Source: Pseudovirgaria hyperparasitica
Lineage: Eukaryota
Length of the DNA stretch: 64,000 nucleotides
Assembly (NCBI GenBank): GCA_010093815.1
Contig: ML996583.1
Strand: one strand, 5' to 3'
Shown: positions 52,018 through 64,000 of the stretch, piece after piece
Layout: each line of letters starts with the position of its first letter
How positions within the stretch are numbered: position 1 is the first letter of the stretch
Program-made: the position numbers and the translations under genes
The notes under the pieces: model-generated
Database searches by the model: none
What the model saw: only the letters and a program-made list of their open reading frames with translations
What the model was told of the DNA's origin: nothing

Positions 52018-53264
52018 ATGGCGGTCATTCGTCTTGACGTCTTTGTTATTGCGCCGGCCCTTTTACTAACCACACTGTTCACGGTATCTGTGGTTCAGTT
52101 AGCCCTGATTGCACACGTCGTAGGCTGGACGAACAGCGAAAGTACATTTCTCGATACCCCAGACGTAGACCAAACAGCAAGAACTGGAAAAGTTCCTTTG
52201 CCGCCCAACTTGAACTATGAGAGTTCAGCCTGCTTGCTTGCATGCAGCGCCTGTAGTATTTTGGCCTCAGGATTATTGGGTGCCTTAATATATACCACCG
52301 AGAGAGGCCTCAAATTGGAACTGAATTTCGGCAAGCCTACTGTATGTATAATAAACCTGAAGGTATGTCTCTGCGTACTGAATCTTGTGGACAGGCCCAT
52401 TCTGCCGCTGTTAGGAAAAGGCTACATGAGTCATCCGTGATGTTCAGCTTGTCTGGAGTCCTGGTTGTTCTGACAACTGGTGTACTAATCTTCTGTTTTA
52501 TTGATCCAGGCAGATCACATAGTCCTTCAATCTCATACAATCCCTCATCCAACACGGTCACGAACTACGACCAATATCAAACCCTGGAAACTTGGACATG
52601 TGTTCTTTCAGTCAAGGCAAGCTCACTCAACATATTGCGCCAACAATGCCGCCAGGCACGTGCTGCACGGTTCTTACTTATTCCCAACATTGCTGTGACT
52701 GCATTGCTGGCATGTTGTCTGGCCTGGCGTCAGCGTGTTTTCAACCTTCATCAGGACGACGTTCCTGATAAGGTTGAGATAGATGCATTGGAGAAGCGAA
52801 CAGGCTTTGTAACGCGCCCGTCGGAGCAGACAATCGTGGAATTAGATACCGGCTCAGCCAAAGAAGTCGCCGGTGGCCAAATTACTGAATTACCACAGGC
52901 GGCGGCGGAGCTCCCTGGTCCAAAAATGACATATAATGGCGCCGAATACTTCGCTGGCACAGCAATCCCATCGGCGACAGTGCATTCGGGATGGCCGCTA
53001 GACCGAGTCATACTGTGGCTCTCAGTAAACAACTTCTCGATTGAGTGGCAAGAGCTATTCCGGTACTTAAACCTCGACGAAGGTCTGTTTCTAGACCTCG
53101 GACGTGACGATGCCAACAAGAAAGATGCCAATGCCATGTATCACAAGATCCTTCCTCAACTGGCCCAACAGTATAGAAAGAGTGGCGTGCGGTGGGACAG
53201 ACAGAAAGCAAGAGATGAGAGTAGAAGATTGCAAAGGTTGATACGGAGTATCCTCGAAGACTGA
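52018..53264 (+). CDS. Predicted four-TM (MARVEL-like topology) membrane protein with a C-terminal Bck1-type SAM-like domain, 2 exons (intron 52342-52394)
   Basis: Four hydrophobic helices, loop TLETWTC...CRQARAARFLLIP, EL[PD]-repeat linker, then WPLDRVILWL..NNFS.EWQE.F... Confidence 0.75.
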
Positions 53265-53848
53265 AGCCTATATTTTGCAACACGATCTTTTACCACCTGG
53301 ATGTCGTCTCGATGGTTTGCTGAGGAGTTACATTCTTGGTGAATACTAATGATGCCTTCGCTACGCAGCGGGTGTGCACATAACGATGAACACCTGGCTT
53401 TGCGAGCACATTGGGCATGCTCAACTCCATTACGTGAACTTTTCGCGCGGAGACTTCACCATACTTGAGCTTCGCACACAAAGGCCTCTATGTTACGGAC
53501 ATCGTTAGCAACGCAGCTGTAATACACAATGCGATGTTTAACGTTTTCGAGGCTATGCCACTTCGCATCACGCATCACACATTCGAGACGACGCGAATAC
53601 AAGACAACACCCTATATGCATCACTTGAGCTAGGCTACGAGATGCATATAAACTCCCCTGCCATCTCTCCCAGCTCCTCACCAACTTCCTAAGTTCTCAC
53701 ACCACATTTTCAAGCCCAGGTCCATCAACCTATCATCTTCGGACTACCACAATCACTTACACACGAAGCTATTACCCACCAACTACCACAAGCCTAACGG
53801 GCGCTCTAAGGACCGCCACAATCAACCGTAACCCCGTACACCATCAAG

Positions 53849-54622
53849 ATGGCCAACTGCAATCACCGTGTCATGAACCCGACCGACTCGAGACAACGCG
53901 AGATCATGCGCGCCTGGCTCCGCGCCGGCAATCGCATGCGCGACGGCGTGCACAACCCGGACCCCAACGACGAGCGGTACAAGTTCGGCCACAACAGCAC
54001 CGGGAACCGCTATGAAGACCCTACGTGGCGCCGCATCGTCTCCGGGCAGCCATCACACGGACATAGGCGTTTTCACCAGCGTGCCATTACGGATGGACGC
54101 GAAAGTGCTACGTATGGAGGCTTGCATGATGCGTCTTTCGCAACCAGTGGGGGTCATGGCAGCGATGGATTAGTGACCAGGTTGCAGGCGCTTACAATAG
54201 GCACGGGTACCATGGATGGCCAGTCATCGATGATGAGGAGTTCGCGCCAAGGTCCGAGTTTGGGCGGAGTGCAATCGGGACGATCGTTCGCAGCGATCAC
54301 TGCTCCAGGCGGAGCGAGCATGAGGGCAGACATCGGTGGCAACATGGGCAGCTACAATGCTGGCGGGACCGCGAACTTCCAGCAGCCCTCGAGAAAGTCG
54401 CACAAAGACTCGATGATGGCATCGTCCCGCCAGGGACCTAGTTTAGGCAATGTGGCAGCTGGAACCATGACGATGGCGTCGGATGGGTCAATGATGCGGT
54501 CGAGTCGTCAGGGACCGAGTGTAGGTATTGGGGATTCATTCAGAGGGTTGAGTCAGCGCGGATCTGGACTCGGAAACATGAGCACGGGTTCTACTATGCC
54601 GGGACGCCGCCGACGATTCTAG
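53849..54622 (+). CDS. Hypothetical intronless Gly/Ser-rich protein with SMMxSSRQGPS repeats
   Basis: 257-aa ORF, CAAGATGG start context, C/A-rich leader, TATAAA near 53647; protein-level repeats use different synonymous codons. Confidence 0.7.
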   Translation: MANCNHRVMNPTDSRQREIMRAWLRAGNRMRDGVHNPDPNDERYKFGHNSTGNRYEDPTWRRIVSGQPSHGHRRFHQRAITDGRESATYGGLHDASFATSGGHGSDGLVTRLQALTIGTGTMDGQSSMMRSSRQGPSLGGVQSGRSFAAITAPGGASMRADIGGNMGSYNAGGTANFQQPSRKSHKDSMMASSRQGPSLGNVAAGTMTMASDGSMMRSSRQGPSVGIGDSFRGLSQRGSGLGNMSTGSTMPGRRRRF

Positions 54623-54800
54623 CAATTAGAGATACACCGGAACCGGGAGGAATTATCTCTAATCTGAAGGGAAGAGAGTCTAAGCGGTGGGAAAATTTGT
54701 TGATTGGGACTTTATAGATTGAATGCCGGTAGTAGCTGAGCAAGCCCATATGAACCTTGTCTAAGGATATAATGTGTACAGATACATCGTTACGTTGAGA

Positions 54801-56175
54801 TCAATGCTTGATAGGGAATTGATCTCGGATCTGCCATAACCTGAACATCATTATGCTTGCCACTAGGTACGCAAGCCCTGCGTAGATCTGCGGATAAAGA
54901 TACTCGCGATCGCTGTCTGGTCTTCTAATTTTCAAGGCTATGACTTCGGAGAAAGTAGTCGGCAGCGTGATGATGGCCCAACACAGCGATAAAAGTGACG
55001 GAAGGTGTTTCAGTCCCACTACTTCGGCACATAAGGGACTGATAGTCTGAGTAAAGGGTTAGTATCATTATTGGTCGCTGGAAAGGTGGTTAAGCCGACT
55101 CACTCCCCAGAACAATCCAATCGTTGCTCCTGACAAGACAGCAAAGACGAGTAACAGTGGCCAATTCTGTGCTGGGATCCAGAGTGCGAAGACGAATACG
55201 GCATTAGCCGTAGTGATATAACCTGCAACCTTTATCCGGCCATACCTATCACTCATGATCCCAATCAAAGGTCTGCCGATGAGAGTTCCTCCGTTGAGAG
55301 CGGCTGTTGTGGTTGCCGCTTGCGAAGCCGAGAGTCCAATTGAACGCGCAAAGTCCGAGAGCGAATATAAAATGGTAACATAACCAAGCAGGGAAAAGAA
55401 GCCCCATGCTAGGAGGCATATCACACCTTGACTTCTGAATAAACGGAAATCGAAGCCTCGAAGGGATGGTTTAATGGCCTTGTTGCGGCTCCGCAGAAAG
55501 ATGCAAGCAGCTAAGTTACAAGCTCCTGAGACAATACCAGTGATTCGTAAAGCCCATGCAAGAGAGACGTGCTCGATGCTAGCTCGAACAGCAAATGAGA
55601 ATATAACACCGCCTATGCCAGAGCCCGCACTTGTGATGCCGTTAGCCAGGCTCCTTTTCCTGGCAAACCATTGGCTGCTGATAGGATTCGACGGAATCCA
55701 AATGAAGCCGATGCCTAAACCAAATAGGAGACCTTGTGAAAGGTAAAGCTGCCAGATACGTGTCGCGAAGGATGCCGCGACGAAACCAGCAGTCTGGAAT
55801 GCGATGCCTAACAGCATGGGTGGGTGTATTCCCCAAAGGCGGACTGCTATAGTGGCAGGAGTCGAGGACAGCATGGCAGCTCCGAATACGAGGCCGCCAA
55901 TAAAGGCGTAGTCCAAAGCAGTGGCTTCAGGGAAGACATTGTTGGAGAGGTAATAGGCAAGGTAGACTCCATATGACTGGCTCGATTAGAACAATAGCAG
56001 GACTCTTGAGAACACTCACGGCTGCAACCCCCCATGTAAACGAGTTCACTGTAGCTACGCAAGCTACGCAGACCCATCCGTAACCGCCATCGGGGATATG
56101 AATGTCTTCAACAGCCTCTGTGGTAGCAGTCCTCGAACGTTCAACGTCACCAATGGGTTCTGCTTTTGGATTCAT
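54801..56175 (-). CDS. MFS monocarboxylate-porter family transporter (second in window), 3 exons
   Basis: PDGGYGWVCV..NSFTWG, IWQLYLSQGLLFGLG, WFARKRSLANGITSAGSGIGG, IGRPLIGIMSDRYGR. Confidence 0.92.
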
Positions 56176-56959
56176 GTTTAACTACTACTCAAAGAAAATA
56201 TGTGATTGGGCGATACCTGTCTCTACAGTAGTGCTCACAGACGGTTTTAGACGTCGACGAAAGAATGGCGCTTAAAGTTAATAATGAATGTTAGATAGAG
56301 AGAGCGCGTTTGGGGGCATAGAATACGTGAAGACTGCGAATGACTCAAGGCATCTGAAAAATTCTGCTGGATACCACCGACTATACTGTATACCGTAACG
56401 GGTATATATTAGCAGCCGTCGACGATCCGTTGCTTGCAAACAGGGCAGTGAATCTCCAGATCCACCTGACAGCTGATGTAAGAACCCGATAAGATTCTTT
56501 GTAGCATGGCAGACGAATTGCCATTTTCCCCCTCTCACTTGGGTTACATTTCTTCAGGATGTCCCCACATCAATCACAGGCCGACGAGCACAGGGACCCG
56601 GTAAGCATTCGCGGGTCATGATGCCGAGATCTGCCACTAGCTGGTAGGGCAGTCTTTTTGAAACGAATGGCAGCTCGCGGGGCGTTCATGCTGGTCAGCT
56701 TTGATGGAGAAGACATAGGAAGCAGACTTTTGTTGTTGTTGTCTTTGTGTTGACAGCACACTTCCACTGAGTCATGGAAAGACAATGGAAATGGAACGGC
56801 AACAAACTGACTGCGTCGTCAAGCGAGGCTAAGACTTTTACGTCATCAAAGCTTGGCAGGCGCGTCACCCGGCGCGTTCCCAAACGCGCTTCGACTACTG
56901 AAAAATGTACAGGCCAGCATCATAAAGCTGCATCTTCTTGGTCCAAGAAGACGAAAAAT

Positions 56960-57524
56960 ATGGCGTTCAAGAGAGCGTCAAAGCGTGCTGCATCGGAGGC
57001 TTCAGACTCACCTGAGCCGAAGACGAAGAAGGCGAAGGGCAGTGCGAAAGCTGGACCTCATGGTTCGAAGCTGGATAGCAAGGGCGAGCCTTATTTCGAG
57101 GTGTGCCCAATCCCATATCCTTACATTCCGATGTATTCTGACGTTGGCATCAGCTGGCAAAAATGCGTCGTGTCACAGTGTCAGAGTTTAAAGGCAAGGC
57201 GCTAGTGAACATCCGTGAATACTGGGAGAAGGATGGTGATCTACTTCCTGGCAAAAAGGTAGGAATAATCCATTTCTCTGTTATGCCGGAGCTGACTTCG
57301 ATCAGGGTATCAGTCTGACCATCGAACAATACACGGCACTATTAGAAAGTATCCCAGGCATTGAAGCACTTTTGAAGAAGCAAGGGGAGGACGTCCCCAG
57401 AGTCTCGTACGATGAACCTGCTACTTCCAAGGCAGATGATGCGGAGGACGAGAAGGACAAGGAAGAAAGCCCTAAGCCAAGCAAGAGCAACATTGAAGCT
57501 ACGAGTGATGAGGATGAGGGGTGA
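56960..57524 (+). CDS. SUB1: Transcriptional coactivator PC4/Sub1, 3 exons
   Basis: [47 protein letters not shown] is the PC4 ssDNA-binding domain. Confidence 0.93.
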
Positions 57525-58935
57525 TCGACAATGTCCTCATACATATATCAACTTCTTGACCAAGATGTGAGTTCAACGAGACTCACTGCGATCTGAAACG
57601 GCCTGGATATGGTAAACATGGCGTTAGGCGAACGGCCGAATCACGAACACGGCTACTTTTTTGGCGTTGCTCAATTATGTGTAAGTCATGCGGTGACCTG
57701 ATACACCGGATGTAAACACCTCCTTGTATGTACAAGTACAAGTTTGTCTACTTCTTACACTGTCAAATATCTCAATGTAAGACTTATCTATTGCCTATGT
57801 CCAGTTGATAAGTTCAGGTCTGCCATAGCCATATTTGGGGCACCCAAAACTTACTCCACAATGTGATCCAGCGCCCTCGCCTTACGAACATCCAGACAGT
57901 CAATCGTGAGCTCATCCTTCGACAGCTTACTCGTAGCCAATATCACGTATCCCACGTCCAAAGTCTGCGCCCGAAATCTCTCGATATCAATCGCGCCGTC
58001 TACAAACGCAGGTGTTCAGGCATCTGCGGCCCCCTAATCACCGCTGTCGTGGGCACCAAGAACATGTTAAAGAACGTGCCAAATCCGCTCAACCACTAAC
58101 CGCAGCGTCTGTCATACCCACCAGCAAATCGATCAGTCCAACCTTCCATCCACAGCAGCAACTCGGTCTTTCGAAACAGTACGTCAACTTTCAGCCAGGC
58201 TCGTCGGTGTCTATATCAGACTGTTTCACTAGCAGATACATATTCTCCTGGCGCAAGCTGCACACGTCCCGAAGTAAACGCAAGCGCCAGCGTCTTACTC
58301 TGCCGCCGTTCGATCAGGAGAAAGCTGAAATGCTCAGACGGCGCAAGCATGCGCCACAAGTCCCGTCCTCCTGCACCCACGTACTCCTATGTACGTGCGG
58401 GTTCAACACGATTGGCTCATTACTCAAGCCCAGCAGCATCACCACAGCCAGTCTTGTACGCAAACGTCATGCCCACGTGAGCAGTGGGCGATGTTTTACC
58501 CTTACTATCGATGGTGGTGAGGTTAGTGCTTGGAGAGCACGTGGTATATAGTATCTCTAGGGTTAGAAGCGCCATTCACAAGGTTGGTCTCGGTGACAGT
58601 GTCTGTGTTCCGGCACGCTCGCTGTGATGACCATTAGGGTTGAGAATGGCAAGGGGCACCCTATTTCTCGAGCGTCTCGCCATCGTGATAATGTTATTTT
58701 GTGATGTCAGTGTAGGTGAGGGCTGGATCAGGAGCTCGTCGATGTCGGCGAAGGTCTTGCTTAAAGTTTCTCTCATATTTCGAGTATCGGTTTTGCTGTA
58801 GTGATACCCTTGATACAGGCAGCGAGTATTCGCAGTGTAATCGTATCCGAGTCTCTTGGTTTAATAACTTATTCTCATATTCTTTGTTTAAGTTATGTTC
58901 TGGAACACGCAATGAATACCATCGTGAATGTTCGT

Positions 58936-60043
58936 TCAGACCACCTCCCGGTGCTGTCTGCTCGCACCGTTTGCCAACATACTCGCCGCCCCCTGCTCAA
59001 TCACCTGCGTCTTAGTCAAATGTCTCTGCAACCCCTCCTCACCCTCCTCATGCAGCGCATGTCCCTTGCCAATCTTCTGCAGACTGTCTCTCATCAACAG
59101 CTCATAATAGGCCGTGGCAAATAACGTCGCAGGCACATTGACCATTATCGCGATCCAGCTGTAATTGTAGTAGCTGAAAGCCTCCCCGCCATAGAAGATA
59201 GCCGCCACAATCCGCGTTCCGAGGTCACGCGCCAAGTTCGTCGAAATGGAGATGTCTGCAAACCCCCATACCATAACGGCGTAGACAAGTCCGATGGCGA
59301 ATGGTGCGGATGCGGGCGATACGAATGGATTTGCAGGATCCAGACAGGCCCATATAACAATGCCAATGAACGAGTCGACAAAGAATTCAATCAGGAATAA
59401 GTAGCCTAGGTTTGTTTGTCCCTCGCCTGGGAATGTACATAGCACACTCGCTGGTCCACCGTTGAACACGGTGCCCTTCCCCTCGGCGATTGTCTGTGCC
59501 GCGAATTCCGACAATTGGACGTGGTACTGACCCATGACAAGCAGACCGGCGATGAAGGAGCCGAAGATCTGGGAGAAGATATAGTAGGGCACTTTCTTCC
59601 AAGGGAAACCTTGCCAGACAGCGAAGCAGATGGTGATGGCTGGATTGAAGTGACCGCCAGAAGTCGAGGCGCATGTTATGATGGCGAAAGCAATGCCCAG
59701 AGCAAAAGCCCAGCCAACTTGAAAGATTGATCCGAAGGCTGGATTGGCTTCGTTGAGGGTGAAGGCCGCGGTTGCGGCAATTCCAGGATAGACTGGCGGT
59801 ATATCAGTATGTTATCATGAGCATATTATGAGGGTAGCTACCATAGAAGAAGACACCGGTGGCTTCAGCCATGCATTCTCGCAGCCATCTTGGACGTCGA
59901 TGCTCAAAGTCTAGTTTGCGTTGCGATACTGGCCTGCGTTCTACAACTTGTCTGTCGTAATGTCTCTGTATGGCATCGGTAGCACCAATCTCGAGCTCAT
60001 GCGTCTTCAACCTATCCAGACTTGCATCGTAGCCATTTGCCAT
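58936..60043 (-). CDS. Aquaglyceroporin (MIP family), 2 exons
   Basis: TSGGHFNPAITI, PYYIFSQIFGSFIAG, FCT-like LCTFPG, second signature TNLARDLGTR (NLA in place of NPA). Confidence 0.94.
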
Positions 60044-61244
60044 CGCTCTAGAAGCTGAAGAAGTAGCAGTTGAATGCAGAAGGGCAAGCGCAGAAATTGA
60101 TAATCAACAGGTTCACCGCGGGATTCGTGCCGTACAAGTACTCTAGCCAATCCTTCAGCGCTGGTCGGTTCGCTGCGGAGACAGGACAAACCCCGTGGGG
60201 AAGACAATGCGAATCAGACATGAGGTCATTTTCACGGCCCCGATGGCACAACGTGGTTAATCGGCATACGCATGGAGCAGTAAAGCGGATCCTATCACAA
60301 CGATGCCGGGGTCGTCAGCGTGGTGGAGGCGAAGAAGCTAGCATTGAGTCGGTTCCGACGGCTGTTGTCTTTGTAATGGTCTCAGCCGTCCATCGGCTGT
60401 GTCCCTTCATTACCGGTGCCGTTATGGGAAGGACAGAGATGTATGAATACTCTTCCTGACGACTATAGAATAACAAAAGCTCCTCTACAATCCGACAGCT
60501 GTGGCATGGTAAAGCTTGGAAGCAGTTCCTGTCGCATGGTGATGTCTTGGAAAGCTTGATTCAGGACAAGCTAGCAATGACCCCTGGAAGATAGGAGTGT
60601 CGATAAAATGACTAGGGCACGCGATGCGGTTTGACGGAATTGCCGTTATATGCGGTGTGTGGCTTGCGAGCGGCAACGGGAATCGGACGATTTAGAGTGC
60701 TTAACAAGTCTGAAAAGATGAATGGAGATGGAAAACGTTGGCCGGCGCTGTCAAAAACGACTGTTGTGGGGCGGCAGACGTTACCCCACGGGGACGCTCC
60801 GACAAACTGACTCGTGCTGACTTGTGCTTTATCGTCAGTCTTCTAACTCATTTACTCTCTCTCTCTCTCACTCTCTCTTTCTCGCATCATTGAGACATAT
60901 CATATGATCCAGATCAAGGTGTCAATCAAGTGAATATCTGATCGGCGCACGGTGCGTGATCAGTGTGCACACAGGTGAGATGCGATAGCCTGCGAATATG
61001 ATACTCGTGACGTCGTAAAATCGATGTAGCATGTTTATTACATGGGAAAAGGATACCACACAACACTCTATCCGCCTCGAAACTAGTGTTATTAGGGACA
61101 TTCAATGATCGTTCAAAATGAGTATTATTCACTGCCCGACAAGCACCGCTCTGTTACATATACGAGATTTTGCTTCTTACAATATTATCCCCATTCCAAA
61201 CATCTCTTCTACAAATCGCACATATCATCCATCGCAGAATCATA

Positions 61245-61911
61245 ATGTCTCCAATGAATACTGTCAGTCATGTTCCATCCAGCACTGAGGCAGCAGCTTC
61301 TTCGTTACTGGCCTCACTTCAATCCATACATGACAGCCCGTTCTCTACGTCCATACCCTCGGACGTCCCATCTCGTCCAAAACCGCACCGCAACCTCACC
61401 ACTCTCAGCCAGATAGCCCGTCAACATGCCGCCCATGCCCTCTCTGCAGACGCACAGCGAAAGACATCAATCATGCAATGGATGCTTCAGGGTGCAGAGT
61501 ACGGAAAGAACATAGAGGATATTACGGTACGTGAATCGCTCTTTACCTTTCTAATAGTGTTACTATGGAAGGACTGGGATGTGCACGTCGTATACTGGTG
61601 AGGATTCTGCAGTGAATGCTATGCACGAACAATATCGCAGAAGTGTGTGAAACAGATTAGCTGATAGCTTGCAGAGAGCTAAGAGGGCCGTCACAAGGGC
61701 TGAGCAAGCGTGTATAGACGAGAAGAGCGTGAAATGGAGTGAGCTAATAGCGATATTAGCGGGTCGCGAGATGAGTTTAAATGGAGGCGAAGATGAAAGA
61801 GGGGAGGATGATGAGAGACTTGTTGAGGTGATGGTTAGGGGCGAACGGAGCCCGAGAATAATCAAGTTTTTTGGTGGTGGGAAGGAGAAGAAGGGTGATT
61901 GGAAGGTTTGA
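61245..61911 (+). CDS. Small hypothetical protein, 2 exons (intron 61527-61674)
   Basis: ACG|GTACGT donor and CTGAT...CTTGCAG| acceptor join two ORFs in frame; no family recognised. Confidence 0.55.
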
Positions 61912-62843
61912 TTATCCGATGTACTTGGTAAGTACAGAAGCAAGAGCAAGGGCTCCAATATGCGGGCTTACTAGTGTATACTATCCAAATTTTGCACTTC
62001 GAAACATCAAGTGTAAGAGAGACGGTAAGAAGATTAGGGATTGTGTTCTATAAGGGTCACATCTACTAGAGATTTGATGGTAAGAATTAGATCATGTTTC
62101 TCTACTTCGTAATTTCACCTAGTCGAAAGTTTGAAATATAATTCTCACACGATGTTTGTTTGTTTGTTTCGTGGGGTTTGCACTATCTATTCGCACGCAC
62201 AAGTCAATAACAAGTCAGCAATAAGAGCGTGTCATACTTCCATGAAACCTGTCTACTTCTCACATCGGTCCCTACGGAATTCCAATGTCACACTCAATAT
62301 CGCGGAATACGGCGACGAGTAGAAACCCTACATAAAAGTCATATAAGTGGGCTAGTAATCTGTCGGCAGGATATTGCAGATGGTTAGACGGGCAGCATAT
62401 ATTTCGCCTGTCGTCGTGGGTTGTATATGGCAGGCACCGGGTATGGCATGCAATGAGGGAATGCATAAAACGAGTAATGAGCCTATGAAAAGGGCAAATT
62501 TCATGTGTACATGTATTGTGCGTAGCACGAAGTTTACATGAATCTTGATTGAAATGGGCCAGCTGAGAGTGTTCTCTGTTCGTGTAAGTACAGCAGATAT
62601 ATTTAATCTTGGATATGAGAAGAAGAGGACAAGTGTGAAATGTGAACGGAGAAACAGTTAGGAACATCGAAACTGCTGTGTCTAGGGCTGACAATCTGAA
62701 CAGGGCAGCTTAAGCTGATCGTCGTATGGAATGTTTCGTCACCGTTATCACGAAGTAGTCAATAGTTGAAGCTTGGTTGGAAGTCCCAGTGATACCATGT
62801 TCTAATCGTCCGCATCTTGCATGCCACATCTCATCACCAACCT

Positions 62844-63647
62844 TTACTCCTTCACCCCCTTACTCGCCGGCATCCCGGTCACAACTCCAGGCGTATACTT
62901 TGCCTTACCACTCTCACTCGTCGTGGTCTTCTTCGTCGACCCTCCCGCGTTACCCCTTTTCACACTCGAACCAGTCCCCTTTGGCATTCCCGTAACCACC
63001 CCCGGTGTATACTTCGCACCACTACCATCCTCCGTTGTCTTCTTCACCCCTGCCCCTGTGATCTTCTTCTGCGCGGTACCACCTGTCCCCGTCACAACAC
63101 CTGGCGTATACTTCGACCCGGCCGTCGTCGCAGACGCAGACCGCGAACGCACCACCGATCCCTTGGTGTCAGTCACCCTTGGCTTCGCAGAGCTAGCAAT
63201 AGACCTTTTCGTCGGCACAGTCCCGGTATAAGGCATATTAGCAGCCGCAGCACCCTTCCCATTTGGCGCCACAGGAGTGGAATGAGCCCGTTTGACCGCC
63301 ACTGGCCTCTTCGTTGTTGAAGACGCGCCTGTGGCGATGGTCTTTCTAGGCCTCGAACCTGCTGGTTTGGATGCTGAGCCGGTGCCTTTGATTGCGTTGC
63401 CCCAGGTGTCGAATTTAGTTTCCACGGCTGGGAGAATCTATGTGAGCCAGCAGGCGTGGGTGGAAAGGCTAGGGAAGGCTGAGAGGAGAACTGGGGAAGT
63501 CGTACCTCGACCGTATGCAGCACCGCCGGACTCAATGTAGTCGCCTGCTTTATTCAATATATCTCCGGCGTAGCCACCGGCGGTGCGCATGCCGCTGTCG
63601 ACGAAGCCGGCGACGCTGGACTGGATGATATTGGAGACGAAGTTCAT
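62844..63647 (-). CDS. Hypothetical basic Gly/Thr/Lys-rich protein with KYTPGVVTG repeats, 2 exons
   Basis: MNFVSNIIQSSVAGFVD...GAAYGR joined via G|GTACGA...TCTCCCAG|CC to AVETKFDTWGNAIK; three exact KYTPGVVTG peptides. Confidence 0.7.
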
Positions 63648-64000
63648 GCTTGGCGGAATGTGGAGGTGACGGTGTTGGGGGACATTGACTGTATAGAAAC
63701 ACACTGTCGACCTTGACGATTGATGTTCCTGTTACAGAAGTCGAATGTTGCTACGGATCTTGGATGCCCTGTTTACATCCCTGTCAATGACATCGCTTAT
63801 ACGGGATGAGACATCACGTGTGTGTGCCACAAGCGGCATTGTCTTAGCATTCATACTCCTGCCTCTTCAAAATTGGACTTGATCATTCATTGTTGAGACT
63901 ATACAGCCCGCCATGCCGATGCTCCCACCACTTTTTATCCTATGGACAAATACAGTAAAATCAGAACATCGACCGAGTAACCCAACATGCCACGAGATGT

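Overview
Gene-dense window of an intron-containing filamentous ascomycete genome (short GT-AG introns with CTRAC-type branch sites; a Dothideomycete-like origin is my impression only). About 28 protein-coding genes are supported. Conserved housekeeping genes: FEN1, vacuolar proteinase A, type II NADH dehydrogenase, FCP1, a SAS2-like MYST acetyltransferase, COQ9, DIM1, APN1, SPT3, DPH5, RPL19 and SUB1. Also present: the circadian clock gene frq, two Zn2Cys6 transcription factors, an F-box protein, two MFS monocarboxylate transporters, an ATO/AlcS-family transporter, an aquaglyceroporin, two secreted esterases, a diaminopropionate ammonia-lyase-like enzyme and several unassigned genes. I found no transposon ORFs, tRNA/rRNA genes or CRISPR arrays. 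There is one 10-N assembly gap inside a (TACA)n tract. Most notable: (1) a four-TM membrane protein (52018-53264) ending in a region closely resembling the N-terminal SAM-like domain of Bck1-type MAPKKKs, without a kinase; (2) several candidate regulatory layers on frq (uORF between alternative 3' splice sites, an intron-retention short isoform, ATCG-N1/2-CGAT palindromes upstream, 8 tandem UGUAUAUA elements downstream); (3) a 595-nt SPT3 first intron with candidate cassette and poison exons. Exon boundaries were read by eye and homologies come from recalled family motifs, not database searches.
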